Below, in pieces: positions 38,896-48,871 of a stretch of 64,000 nucleotides of DNA. The DNA is from Pseudomonadota bacterium (GTDB taxonomy: Bacteria > Bdellovibrionota > Bdellovibrionia > Bdellovibrionales > Bdellovibrionaceae). Position 1 is the stretch's first letter. The number at the start of each line of letters is the position of its first letter. Location of the stretch: NCBI GenBank assembly GCA_041178425.1, contig JBEGVH010000020.1, positions 64,001 to 128,000 on the forward strand. The letters run 5' to 3'. The translations under genes and the position numbers were made by a program. The notes under the pieces are model-generated. The model did not search any database. It saw nothing but the letters and a program-made list of their open reading frames with translations, and was not told where the DNA came from.

Positions 38896-40137
38896 GTGAG
38901 CCGAATGCAAGTTAGAAAAACAGCAAAAATGTTTTGGATACAAATTACTCTTTCAGGGATATTTTTTTTATTTTTAGCTTGCCGGTCCACAAAAACAATA
39001 ACAAATACCGAATCAAACCAACCTGCGATCAAAACTTTTCAGCTATTTCCTTTGAGTCATACCACCAATCACCTCACTCCGCTGCAAGGATTGTCTGGAC
39101 TCGCTTTTGATAAAGAATCCGAGGATGAATACTATTTCTGGAGTCTCACTGATCGAGGCCCAAATCTTGATCCACTCCCTTCAGCACGCGTTCCTCTCCG
39201 GCCTTTTTTAGAGCCTAAATTTAGCCCTCGGATATATTATTTTTCGATCTCAAAAAAAGATGGCGGATCTAAGCTACTAAAAACAATTGTGCTCAAAGAT
39301 GAATTCAACCACCCGATTCTTGGGCTCCCCCCTGCATCTCAGTGTTACTCCGAAGAAATACCCATTGATTCAAAAGGACTACACCTAAATTGTCAGAAGT
39401 ACGGCATTGACTCAGAAAGTATAGCCATTGACGACCGGGGGCATTTTTGGATTGGTGAGGAATACGGCCCATCTATTTTCGAGTTCACTCCCGATGGAAA
39501 ACTACAAAGTGTCATTTCTTCGCGATCAACGTCTCGCAAGAATCGTGGTAAAATGGTCATTCCCATTTTACCCAACATCGTCTCCAAGAGAAAAGTGAAT
39601 CGCGGATTTGAGGCAATTGCGATAAAGAACAAAATTCTGTTTGCGATGCTACAAAGTCCACTTCCAAATATTAAGAACAACGCTGAATCATCCTATATAC
39701 CTATTTTCAAAATAGACCTCGAAAAGAAGCAATTATTATCCACGCTTTGGTATCCCACAGATAACGGCATGGATCTTAAAATTGGTGATATTACTTTTGA
39801 AAACGATAACTCACTTTTGGTCTTAGAGCAGACCACTGAAATGGGAAAAAATTCGATTCATAATATATATCGCGTAGCTATTAACCAAAATCTTGATACC
39901 GAGCAAGGTCACCCGAACGAAGAGGTTTTTCTAAAAAAGGAACTAGTACTAGATCTTGTTAAAGAGGGATTCGATCAATTTCAGAAAATTGAGGGCCTCA
40001 CCTATGTCCAGGGGCTAGGGATCGCTGTCGTAAACGATAATGACTTTAGCGTCGGAGGCCTCACGAACGAGCCTAGCCCTACCGTATTGGGACTCTTTAC
40101 TACGAATAGGAAACTATGGAAGAATAAGGGTAATTAG
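38896..40137 (+). CDS. esterase-like/phytase-like domain lipoprotein
   Basis: FLAC lipobox; GLSGL, TDRGPN, DSESI, EEYGPSI, NRGFEA, KIGD, KIEGL, NDNDF. Confidence 0.85.
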   Translation: MSRMQVRKTAKMFWIQITLSGIFFLFLACRSTKTITNTESNQPAIKTFQLFPLSHTTNHLTPLQGLSGLAFDKESEDEYYFWSLTDRGPNLDPLPSARVPLRPFLEPKFSPRIYYFSISKKDGGSKLLKTIVLKDEFNHPILGLPPASQCYSEEIPIDSKGLHLNCQKYGIDSESIAIDDRGHFWIGEEYGPSIFEFTPDGKLQSVISSRSTSRKNRGKMVIPILPNIVSKRKVNRGFEAIAIKNKILFAMLQSPLPNIKNNAESSYIPIFKIDLEKKQLLSTLWYPTDNGMDLKIGDITFENDNSLLVLEQTTEMGKNSIHNIYRVAINQNLDTEQGHPNEEVFLKKELVLDLVKEGFDQFQKIEGLTYVQGLGIAVVNDNDFSVGGLTNEPSPTVLGLFTTNRKLWKNKGN

Positions 40138-41839
40138 TTTTCACTTTTTTAGTGACCAAGGTAGGGTGCTTAAGTTGCGCAATAAAATATTTTTTTTCCG
40201 CAAACATAAATTTAACAGCACGTGCCTCCTGTTTTTAGTATTCTTCCCCCACTCGCCTCTTTTCGCGCAAATTGAGGGAGAAATCTCTTTTGGCAAAAAA
40301 ATCGTTAACAAGATCGACAAAAAACAAACTGAATGGGTCAGATCATACACAAATCAATTTGAAAAAGAGATTTGCGGACAGGACTTTCCTGAACTTAGTT
40401 ATGAGGGACTCCATATTATAAAAAAGAAGGCTGAGAGAATCACAAACAGATGTTACTCTGCAGACCAACTCCCGAGCGGAATAGGTATTGATTTTTCATC
40501 AATCCAATCTAATGCTGAAGAAGTTTTTTTTGATAGTCTTATTCGCACCAAGCTTGACCATTTGACGTGTCGAGAGGCCGCGATCGAGTGTCTCAATAAA
40601 GGAGACCAAGCAAATTCAATTGCGGCTGATTTCGTGGATCGTCTGAATGCGTTCCGTGTTTATAGGGACAAATACAAAGCCTTCAATTCCAGTGCAAAAA
40701 AAGAGGTATTTTTCACCAAAGAAGAGTCTCGAATTTTGTCTAAATACTTTCCAGACTCTACAAACAGTCCGGAGCGTTTTTTTAAAGAATGGCAACCCGT
40801 CACCGCGATGGCCTTGCTCGTCAATTACATGGATCCGTCTAATGATCAGAGTTTTGTTTTTCAGGAAGCGTTTGCGAGTCTTGCTGAGGATGAGAATGCG
40901 CTCAATGAGTTTGGAAAAATGAATCAACAAAATCAAATTAGAGCGATCGCCGATTATATTAAGCAATCGAGTGAGAGCCAAAAAAAAGCTATCAATGAGG
41001 AGCGATCATATTGGGAACGACACTGCACTTCAAAAGATCCAAATTGTTTTTTTCGTCCCATTTTTGAGCAAAAGAGAAAACTCATTGAAGAGTTCATTAC
41101 CAATACTGCCTATGATCCCTCGCAATGGAACTCTAGCCATAATAAAAAATTCAACAAACCCTCCAAAGAGGAAATGGCCTTCGCTTGTGCCCTTCAACTC
41201 AAATACGGCAAGGGAGCTCAATATTTTGATAACCAAATGAATAACATGTCGGTGGCTTTGGCCGTAGTTCCTATTGTTAGCCGACCAATAGCGGGTGTAT
41301 TCGCATCCCGGAACCTCACCGCCAAAGTGATGGGAGATAAAATTGTCAACTCCCGTTTATACCAGCACTCAATCAAATCGGCCGGAGCCGGCTTGAAGGC
41401 CTCTGGTAAGCTCGCTTTCGGAAGTCAAATGTTCAATCTTTATGAATCCTGTGAATCGGGAGAGTTTGAGGTAAAACCAAAGCTTCCTTTTGCTCCCACC
41501 AAAGAGAAAAAACCACAGAAAAACAGAGATGAGTTTCTGGCCGACTGTAAAAAATGTCGAAGACAACCATCTACGAAAAAATTGGTTAATTATTCCTGCT
41601 TAAAAGAAGCGACAAACTGGGCTCTCTCTCGATCAGTGGGCTTTTTTAAATCAGCGTCGAAGATGAGCACCGTCGAGAAAGCCTCGAATGATTCTACAGA
41701 AACAGCTTTTTTACCCGAAAAACTTGATCAACTGAGTGAAACGTTTTCTCTGTATCTAAAGAATCAGGCCCTCATTACCACTTTTGATGTTCCATCTATT
41801 TCAAATTTTAGCGACGAGAGTAGCAACGATAATAAATGA
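40040..41839 (+). CDS. large hypothetical, probably secreted (true start likely ~40165-40175)
   Basis: 599-aa ORF; hydrophobic LLFLVFFPHSPLFA signal-like segment; several Cys pairs. Confidence 0.65.
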   Translation: MTLASEASRTSLALPYWDSLLRIGNYGRIRVISFHFFSDQGRVLKLRNKIFFFRKHKFNSTCLLFLVFFPHSPLFAQIEGEISFGKKIVNKIDKKQTEWVRSYTNQFEKEICGQDFPELSYEGLHIIKKKAERITNRCYSADQLPSGIGIDFSSIQSNAEEVFFDSLIRTKLDHLTCREAAIECLNKGDQANSIAADFVDRLNAFRVYRDKYKAFNSSAKKEVFFTKEESRILSKYFPDSTNSPERFFKEWQPVTAMALLVNYMDPSNDQSFVFQEAFASLAEDENALNEFGKMNQQNQIRAIADYIKQSSESQKKAINEERSYWERHCTSKDPNCFFRPIFEQKRKLIEEFITNTAYDPSQWNSSHNKKFNKPSKEEMAFACALQLKYGKGAQYFDNQMNNMSVALAVVPIVSRPIAGVFASRNLTAKVMGDKIVNSRLYQHSIKSAGAGLKASGKLAFGSQMFNLYESCESGEFEVKPKLPFAPTKEKKPQKNRDEFLADCKKCRRQPSTKKLVNYSCLKEATNWALSRSVGFFKSASKMSTVEKASNDSTETAFLPEKLDQLSETFSLYLKNQALITTFDVPSISNFSDESSNDNK

Positions 41840-41845
41840 TAGATG

Positions 41846-42337
41846 CTACTCGTTGCCTCTTTGCTCACTATACGAAATTGAAAACAGCTCATCATTGACG
41901 AAGAGCTGAAGCTTACTATCTTCGGAGACAAAATCATAAATTCCATTGGTTAAATTGAACTGCTTTGCCAGATCTTCTGCTTGAGCTCCTTGGAGGTTGA
42001 TCGCAACTCTTTTCTTTGAAGTGTCTATTGTCACTCCAGGGCCATTTTGAATCATTATTGAGCCGTCGTATTGCCCTTGTCCGCGCTCGGCTACGATAAG
42101 AGTCAATGCACCCGACACTTCAATTTTCTTGCCTTTTCCCATGATCGAGTTTTCTGGACTCACTTTCATAGCCTGATAAAGACGTATGGCATCGTCATCT
42201 GTTGAGGGTGAATAAGGGTTGCCCGATTGAATATTAATCATCACTCGATCACCCGTGAGTGCGAAGTAGGAGCTTGTTCTTGCCCAGAGAATACTCGAAA
42301 GAAAAAGAATTAAGCCAATAACGAACAACTGACGCAT
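41846..42337 (-). CDS. secreted hypothetical protein
   Basis: Signal peptide MRQLFVIGLILFLSSILWA; GGAGG RBS. Confidence 0.7.
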   Translation of the reverse strand: MRQLFVIGLILFLSSILWARTSSYFALTGDRVMINIQSGNPYSPSTDDDAIRLYQAMKVSPENSIMGKGKKIEVSGALTLIVAERGQGQYDGSIMIQNGPGVTIDTSKKRVAINLQGAQAEDLAKQFNLTNGIYDFVSEDSKLQLFVNDELFSISYSEQRGNE

Positions 42338-42447
42338 GAAGCCTCCATTGGGCCCTATTCAAGGGCGCTTTTCATAGATTGTCAACTTTTGGCCTAGGAG
42401 ATAAAATCTCGTTGATAGTTCTTATATCCAACACTAAAGGTTAAACG

Positions 42448-43095
42448 ATGAGACATATGCCGTCCGCCAGAATCCAATACCTCAATTCACTCGTTCCCGA
42501 AGATGATGCTTTTTGTAAACTGGCAAAGGCTGAAGCTCTCCGAATCAACAAAGAAGGCATATCAATCAGTCCCTTTGAAGGGAATATGCTTGGTTTTTTC
42601 ATTCGCCAACAGAGCTGCAAAAAATTTGTTGAACTGGGAACGCTCACTGGATACTCGGGGCTCAAGATTTTACAATCACTTCCTAATGATGGACACCTAT
42701 GGACGCTCGAGCTTAACGAAGAACACGCTCGTATTGCATCGACTCTTTTTGACCAAGCGGGATTCTCAGGTCGCTACACCCTTCTCGTCGGCAAGGCCGA
42801 AAACTTCCTCGAGGATCTTCTCACCCATGCACCCTTTGATGGCGTATTTATAGACGCTAATAAGGCGGCTTACCCCGCCTATCTTGATTGGAGCCTCAAA
42901 GCTATTAAAACAGGCGGACTCATCATAGCAGACAATACCCTTTTGAAAGGCGTTGTGCCCACTGATGACAAAGCTTCTCCAAATAAAATCACCCAGAACC
43001 TTCGCTTGTTTAACACCAAACTTTCCAATCGAGCCATTTTTGATTCAATTTTAATACCGACCGATGAAGGTCTAAGTATCGCCATTAAAAAGTAA
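42448..43095 (+). CDS. class I SAM-dependent O-methyltransferase (COMT/CCoAOMT family)
   Basis: VELGTLTGYSG, FDGVFIDANK, GGLIIADN. Confidence 0.92.
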   Translation: MRHMPSARIQYLNSLVPEDDAFCKLAKAEALRINKEGISISPFEGNMLGFFIRQQSCKKFVELGTLTGYSGLKILQSLPNDGHLWTLELNEEHARIASTLFDQAGFSGRYTLLVGKAENFLEDLLTHAPFDGVFIDANKAAYPAYLDWSLKAIKTGGLIIADNTLLKGVVPTDDKASPNKITQNLRLFNTKLSNRAIFDSILIPTDEGLSIAIKK

Positions 43096-43125
43096 AAAAA
43101 AGCCCCATCGATTGATGAGGCTTCT
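43094..43125. terminator. intrinsic terminator between convergent genes
   Basis: A-tract-AGCCCCATC-GATT-GATGAGGCT-T. Confidence 0.65.
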
Positions 43126-43168
43126 GAAAATCATTGAGACGTGGGAATAACTCCCCTTTGTCATTTTC

Positions 43169-45970
43169 TTAATGGCTATTTTTTCCCCATAGATCTTGCC
43201 ATTGAGTTTTAGCTGATCTTTGGGACACCATCGCACTTAGTTGTGTACCTGCCACCTGAACGTTCTCAAGAGCTGTTTCAGACAAACCTTGCCCTACAGC
43301 TTCAACAACGGCCTCGGCATCAATTCCGTGAAGATGATAAATGTCTTTTGGGCGTCCACACTTGGAGTGCTTTCTCACGGCACAGCTTATCTGCTTAACG
43401 CCGACGATAGAGCCGATATTGTCGAGAAGCCCAGCTTCTCCATCGTGAACGCTCACGACCGGAACACGACGACCTGCGATAGCTACAAGCTCCGAATTCA
43501 AATCGCCTTCGGCAATAACATGAAGATCACCGCTGATTCCTAAGCCCTCACGGAGATACTGATAATTATTTTCATGAGCCTGAATACCCACAAGAAGATC
43601 TGAGCTGGTCACCATGATGACGTTTGCGTAGATTCCCTTTTTTAAGAGAGCCTCAGAGGCAATGATGGCCTCAGTGCCCAAGGCCCCCATCGCAAAGATA
43701 TTAACCACGTTATCTCCTGGAACGTATCCAGCATAACCTCGGTAATCAATCAAGTAGTACGCGCCACTGAGAACATCGTTACGAAGTAACGCCATCATTT
43801 GCGATTCTGATTGCGTTTCGATAGTGCTTTCAACAACAGAGCCCTCCATCACGAACTCTTCACGGCTGAGTTGTTGCCCCTCAGTAAGACCAACTTTGAA
43901 TCGGGCCTGCTTTTTTAAGTACTTCATGAGGTCTTTTTGCTCTACACCACGGGTCACACCGCGGATAAGTACCCCTGAACGACCTACGTTATCATACGTA
44001 AGGTGGCGTTTGATAGCATCACAAAGAATCCAATCGAGCTCGATACCAAAAAATGGTTCCCAAGTGATTTGATTCGGAATTTGAAAATCAGATTTCCATC
44101 CGTGTTGCGCGCCCTCTGGAGACAATGTCACTCCCGAAGGGGTTCCGACACAAATAAAACTCGATTTCCAGTAAAGGTTATAAAAATACTGATCGAGAGC
44201 TCTCTTAATAAAGAAGTCATACACTGTCATGAGCGGTAATAAGGGAATCCCAAGGGTATCGCGGATACGTCCAAAGGAACCAACACACGACATTACGTTT
44301 CCTTCAGCAATTTCAAAACGCAAATAACGATCCGATACTTCTTGCCCCGGAACCAGATCAGGAGTTTTTTCATCCTTCACATGAAGTTCTTGTTCGTAAT
44401 CTTGAACAACATTGGCCCCGAAAATTTTTCCATCCATCGCTGGATTTAAATTCGTGCTCGTTCCCACATCTGGTGCCATCGACACCATCAACTCCCCAGG
44501 AAGCTTCCAAGCTTTTTCGACATCGCTAAGTGCTTTTTGGTTAGTTGCTAATTTATTCGCATCAAAAGAAGTGTTGGCGATACGAGTTAATTTAGCCGTT
44601 AACTGTCCAAGCATCCACTGAGTGTGCGGATAATTGGCCATTTTGGTGTTGATCTCTAGACTCTCAGGAATTTCGCCAAATTTCTCTATTTCTGTTTTGA
44701 AGAACGCCTGATTTTTTTCCTTAAGAGCATTTTGAGCGAGGATGTCTTTATAAAGAGCCTCTCCTCTTTGCTTAAGAAATTGCCCCTCAGAGCTCTTTTC
44801 ATCAAAGCGAGCAAAGAGAGTTGAGCCCGTAATGCCCTGTTTTTGCCGAAGAGATTCAACCTCTTCTTCTGAAGGAAGCGCAGAATGGTTTCCGGCCTGA
44901 GCCGCACACTTCAAGTTCCATCCCTTTACCGTATGAGCAATAATCATCGTGGGTTGACGCTTACTCTTTTTTGATTGGGCCATAGCTTCAGCGAGAGCAA
45001 TCATGTCGTGACCGCCCATATCATGAAGGACCTTTTGAAGATCTTCTTCAGTGAGAGTTTCCATGATCTTTTTTAAATGCGGTCTTTCTTTAATGATACC
45101 CGCCTTAAGGGCGTTCATGTCTTTAACAAGAAGAAGCGCCTGCAACTCATAATCTTCTAGTTCCTCTTCGAGGAACTTTTGGAATAGATCACCGCCCGGA
45201 CGTTTAAATATTTCTTGTCTGAATTTTCCGTGACGGACTTGAATTACTTCCCAACCGTTAGCAACCATGGTTCGTTCAATACGAACGGCATCCGTCCCCT
45301 TCATGATGGACTTGTTGGTAATACGGTGTCCATCAAGACTCTGGCGATTGTAATCAACAATCCAAGTTAAGTTTCCGATCTCTCGTTCGGCAAAATCGGG
45401 GATGGCTTCGTACATCGAACCTTCACGAAATTCTGAGTCACCACAAATCGACCAAAAATGAGCTTCTGGAACTTCGTACTTGTGCTCTTTTGCAAAACGA
45501 TAGGCGAGCGCGAGATAACCTGCTTGCACTGGAGGTATTCCAACCGTTCCTGATGGAAAAAAGTTATGCCCATCGGGATCTAGAGCCGAATGATAACTTT
45601 GAAACACAGGTTCGCCATTTTGTGAATAAGCGCGAAGCCCCATCATTGCGGTATTCGCATCTTCCAAACTCATTTTTGAAAGATCCTGTTTTAAGAAAAG
45701 ATCCATGAGATAGTTGTAAGAGTGATCCGTGGGTGATGCGTGTGGCTTGTTCGCAATGAAATCAAAACCCGTTTTGGCAACCAGATGAAGAGCTCCAAGT
45801 ATGTGAAGGGAACTCGCACAAGCGGAAGCATGACCTCCAACCTTTGGATCGCCTTTTTCTTTATCGGCTCTGTGATTTGCCTGAGAAATCATTTGGGTTG
45901 CAAGATAGTGCGCACGGAGTGCGATTTTTTCTAAAACTTCACGAGAAGCTACGCTTTTACTGTTTGCCAT
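43169..45970 (-). CDS. aceE: pyruvate dehydrogenase E1 component (AceE-like, TPP-dependent)
   Basis: KVGGHASAC, KPHASP, GDSE..E..IVDYNRQSLD TPP motif, HTVKGW, TPSGVTLSPEGAQH. Confidence 0.8.
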   Translation of the reverse strand: MANSKSVASREVLEKIALRAHYLATQMISQANHRADKEKGDPKVGGHASACASSLHILGALHLVAKTGFDFIANKPHASPTDHSYNYLMDLFLKQDLSKMSLEDANTAMMGLRAYSQNGEPVFQSYHSALDPDGHNFFPSGTVGIPPVQAGYLALAYRFAKEHKYEVPEAHFWSICGDSEFREGSMYEAIPDFAEREIGNLTWIVDYNRQSLDGHRITNKSIMKGTDAVRIERTMVANGWEVIQVRHGKFRQEIFKRPGGDLFQKFLEEELEDYELQALLLVKDMNALKAGIIKERPHLKKIMETLTEEDLQKVLHDMGGHDMIALAEAMAQSKKSKRQPTMIIAHTVKGWNLKCAAQAGNHSALPSEEEVESLRQKQGITGSTLFARFDEKSSEGQFLKQRGEALYKDILAQNALKEKNQAFFKTEIEKFGEIPESLEINTKMANYPHTQWMLGQLTAKLTRIANTSFDANKLATNQKALSDVEKAWKLPGELMVSMAPDVGTSTNLNPAMDGKIFGANVVQDYEQELHVKDEKTPDLVPGQEVSDRYLRFEIAEGNVMSCVGSFGRIRDTLGIPLLPLMTVYDFFIKRALDQYFYNLYWKSSFICVGTPSGVTLSPEGAQHGWKSDFQIPNQITWEPFFGIELDWILCDAIKRHLTYDNVGRSGVLIRGVTRGVEQKDLMKYLKKQARFKVGLTEGQQLSREEFVMEGSVVESTIETQSESQMMALLRNDVLSGAYYLIDYRGYAGYVPGDNVVNIFAMGALGTEAIIASEALLKKGIYANVIMVTSSDLLVGIQAHENNYQYLREGLGISGDLHVIAEGDLNSELVAIAGRRVPVVSVHDGEAGLLDNIGSIVGVKQISCAVRKHSKCGRPKDIYHLHGIDAEAVVEAVGQGLSETALENVQVAGTQLSAMVSQRSAKTQWQDLWGKNSH

Positions 45971-46077
45971 TCTCTCACCTTAAATTGAACTATGGTTTTA
46001 GCTTAAATAAAGTTAATCTCTTATCATTTAATCCTCCTCAATGGCAAAGAATAGTCTTTGCCGAGAGCGGAGATTTA

Positions 46078-46950
46078 TTAGGCTTCCACGACGAACTCCC
46101 ATTCGATTTTCACTGTGCCATCAGAATCAACAATCCCCTTGGGAGGGTTGGGAAAAGGCGCGGCCGCTTTAAAGGCCTCTACAGCGGCTTCGTCGAGGTC
46201 TTGAACCCCTGATGCACCCAGGACCTGGACTTTCATCAGACTGCCCCCAGCATCCAAGACGATCTGAACCTTAGTGATTCGATCCCCATTCGAGGCAATG
46301 CGGCGTCCTTTTTTGAAGAGGGCCAGAATTTTCTGCTTAATTTTAGGCTCCCAGTATTGGGTCAATTGGTTTCTGATACGGTTGTAGTAGGTAAAATACA
46401 CAAACTCCCTAGTACTTAAAAGCGTCTCCACACCAGCCTCTTTGTCGGGCAAATAATCCCGGGTCTGGGAGGTTTCGGCCCCCTTCGATCCTGCTCGCCC
46501 TGTCTCTCGCCTTTGCTGGTCGAAAGACTTAGCCAAAGAGTCTTTATAGGATCCAAATAAATCCTTTGGTAAGGGTGTCGCTTTTCGTTGCTGGACAGCT
46601 TCTTGGTTGGCGCCTTGGGAGGGTGTCGCTTGAAGCTTTCGGTTTTGAAAATCACCATGATTTTTAGCCACTGTTTCTTTAAGAACTTTTTGATTATGAG
46701 AACTCAAATAATTGGCTAATGGATCAATCTCGTTATTGATTTTTTCTTGCTCGACAATTTGTTTTTTTTCTTCTTTTGGTTCGTCGGTCTTCGCTTTTAA
46801 CGTTTCTGGTTCAAAAATTTCAATACTTATGGCTTGGCGAGACGGTACTCTCGGGGGACTTTGTCGGCCCCAAAAATGAAGCAAAAACACTACCAGCGCG
46901 TGCACAAAAACAGAGTACAAAAGGTATTTTTGCAAATTGATTGCTGGCAT
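46078..46950 (-). CDS. TonB/TolA C-terminal domain protein
   Basis: TM with SVFVHA (SxxxH), C-terminal SGVQDLDEAAVEAFKAAAPFPNPP; ATG 46950. Confidence 0.85.
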   Translation of the reverse strand: MPAINLQKYLLYSVFVHALVVFLLHFWGRQSPPRVPSRQAISIEIFEPETLKAKTDEPKEEKKQIVEQEKINNEIDPLANYLSSHNQKVLKETVAKNHGDFQNRKLQATPSQGANQEAVQQRKATPLPKDLFGSYKDSLAKSFDQQRRETGRAGSKGAETSQTRDYLPDKEAGVETLLSTREFVYFTYYNRIRNQLTQYWEPKIKQKILALFKKGRRIASNGDRITKVQIVLDAGGSLMKVQVLGASGVQDLDEAAVEAFKAAAPFPNPPKGIVDSDGTVKIEWEFVVEA

Positions 46951-46967
46951 GAAACCTTCCCCTGACT

Positions 46968-46995
46968 TTATCGGTTTCAAAACACCTTAACTTGA
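46968..46995 (-). promoter_or_regulatory. sigma28-type promoter upstream of the TonB-like gene
   Basis: Minus strand TCAA-N16-ACCGATAA. Confidence 0.6.
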
Positions 46996-47125
46996 GCGGC
47001 CGCTGCAGGTTTTAAGTGGATTTTATTTATTATTTACGCGCAACTTTTTACCACCACCTAGCCTTTCTGCGAGGTCATACATTTGTTAGTTGGATTGCGG
47101 CAAAACGATGTCTAGAATATAACCT

Positions 47126-47848
47126 ATGCAAGCTAAGGGATGGGTAAAAACAGACCCCGGACTCAAACGTGAAAACAACCAAGATTCATTTCTCGTTGAA
47201 AAGAATCTTGGTATTTTCATTGTCGCCGACGGAATGGGCGGCCACAAAGGCGGAGAGGTCGCCTCTTCTCTAGCCTGTTCCTCCATAAGAGACGTTTTTG
47301 CCAATCCAAATAATCAGCATTTGAATCCTCGAGAATTGATCCGCTTTGCTTATTCTGAAGCAAGCTCTCAGATCTTTGATCATGCGAGAGAAAATCCAGA
47401 TCTCTCCGGGATGGGCACCACGCTTGTCATGGGTTACTTTACAAAAAGTACGCTCTACATCGCTAATGTAGGCGATTCACGATGTTATCTGATTCGCAAT
47501 AGCCTAATGTGGCAAATCACCGAAGATCATTCACTCATGAACGAACAAATTCGAGCTGGGATTCTCACTCCTGAACAGGCCTCGAAAATGGTAGCAAAGA
47601 ATGTAATCACCCGTAGTGTTGGTTTCGAACGAGACGTTAACTGCGATATCATCGAAAGACCTGTGAGCCTGGGCGAAACCTACCTTTTTTGCTCAGACGG
47701 ACTTCATGGGTTGGTGAGCGATAAGAGAATTAATGAGATCGTTTATAAAAACCCTATCGAACTGGCTCCCCAAATATTGGTTGATGAAGCTAAAAAGAAC
47801 GGCGGCGACGATAACGTAACCACCCTCCTCGTAAAAATTATCGATTAA
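47126..47848 (+). CDS. PP2C-family Ser/Thr phosphatase (Stp1/PrpC-like)
   Basis: RENNQD, VADGMGGH, GMGTT, NVGDSR, TEDHS, CSDGL, GGDDN. Confidence 0.95.
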   Translation: MQAKGWVKTDPGLKRENNQDSFLVEKNLGIFIVADGMGGHKGGEVASSLACSSIRDVFANPNNQHLNPRELIRFAYSEASSQIFDHARENPDLSGMGTTLVMGYFTKSTLYIANVGDSRCYLIRNSLMWQITEDHSLMNEQIRAGILTPEQASKMVAKNVITRSVGFERDVNCDIIERPVSLGETYLFCSDGLHGLVSDKRINEIVYKNPIELAPQILVDEAKKNGGDDNVTTLLVKIID

Positions 47849-47858
47849 GAGAGGTACC

Positions 47859-48869
47859 GTGGAAGCTAAAAAGGTAACCTTTTTTATCGTCAGCGATGAA
47901 AACAAAGAGACTAAAAAACTTGTAGTACCAACTAAATGGTTGCGCGCAAGCGTTGTTTCAGGGGTTCTCGTTAGTATTGTTATACTGGCTTTTATTTTTG
48001 ACTACTTAGGAATTCTCTTTGAGCTTCACGAAATGAAAAAGCTGAAAATAGAAAACCTCCAGTTAAAAAAACAGTTTCAGTTAGTCGAAACTAAGGTAAC
48101 AGCTCTCGAGAGCGCTCTCGAAAGAGTAAAAACTTTTTCGAGTAAACTAAAACTAATTACTAATGTCGAAGATCAAAATCGTGGTTTAAAACTTGCCGTT
48201 GGAGTTGAACCAAAGCCCGGGCAAAATGTAGATGATGCCGCCAGTCAGGCCATTCCAGAACAACGACCCGCTCTTCAGCAAATGGTGGCAGAAGAGGGAG
48301 AGGTGTCTGAAGAAACTCCACTCAATGAAGCCCAGGGTGAGTTGGCCGTAGAAAAAACAAACGAGTATAGTTCTCTGGCCATTAGAATCGACCGCGCCGT
48401 TAAACAGAGTCAGCTTCGCGAACAAAGTGTGATCGAACTTTGGGATCGGCTTTCTAATAGTCAAAGTCTGTTAAACTCAACTCCAAGCATTAGACCTGCC
48501 CGTGGATGGCTCGTTTCGAAATTCGGTTACCGAATTTCGCCTTTCACAGGTAAAGCGGCCATGCATAATGGTATTGATATCGCCGCAGCACCGGGAACTC
48601 CTATTTTTGCTCCCGCCGATGGAATTGTAACCTTTGCTGCCTTTGATGAGACTTATGGGAAACTCATCGCCATCGACCACGGCTACGGAATCATGACACG
48701 ATTTGGACATAACTCCCAACTCTATGTGCAAGTTGGCCAAAGGGTAAAGCGTTGGGATGTTATTGGTGCCATTGGTAATACGGGCCGGTCGACGGGCCCG
48801 CACTGTCACTATGAAGTTCGCCTGAATAATATTCCAATTGATCCAAGCAACTATATTTTAGACGAGTAG
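47859..48869 (+). CDS. M23 family metallopeptidase with TM and coiled coil
   Basis: HNGID, APADG, FGH, STGPHCHYEV. Confidence 0.93.
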   Translation: MEAKKVTFFIVSDENKETKKLVVPTKWLRASVVSGVLVSIVILAFIFDYLGILFELHEMKKLKIENLQLKKQFQLVETKVTALESALERVKTFSSKLKLITNVEDQNRGLKLAVGVEPKPGQNVDDAASQAIPEQRPALQQMVAEEGEVSEETPLNEAQGELAVEKTNEYSSLAIRIDRAVKQSQLREQSVIELWDRLSNSQSLLNSTPSIRPARGWLVSKFGYRISPFTGKAAMHNGIDIAAAPGTPIFAPADGIVTFAAFDETYGKLIAIDHGYGIMTRFGHNSQLYVQVGQRVKRWDVIGAIGNTGRSTGPHCHYEVRLNNIPIDPSNYILDE

Positions 48870-48871
48870 AT

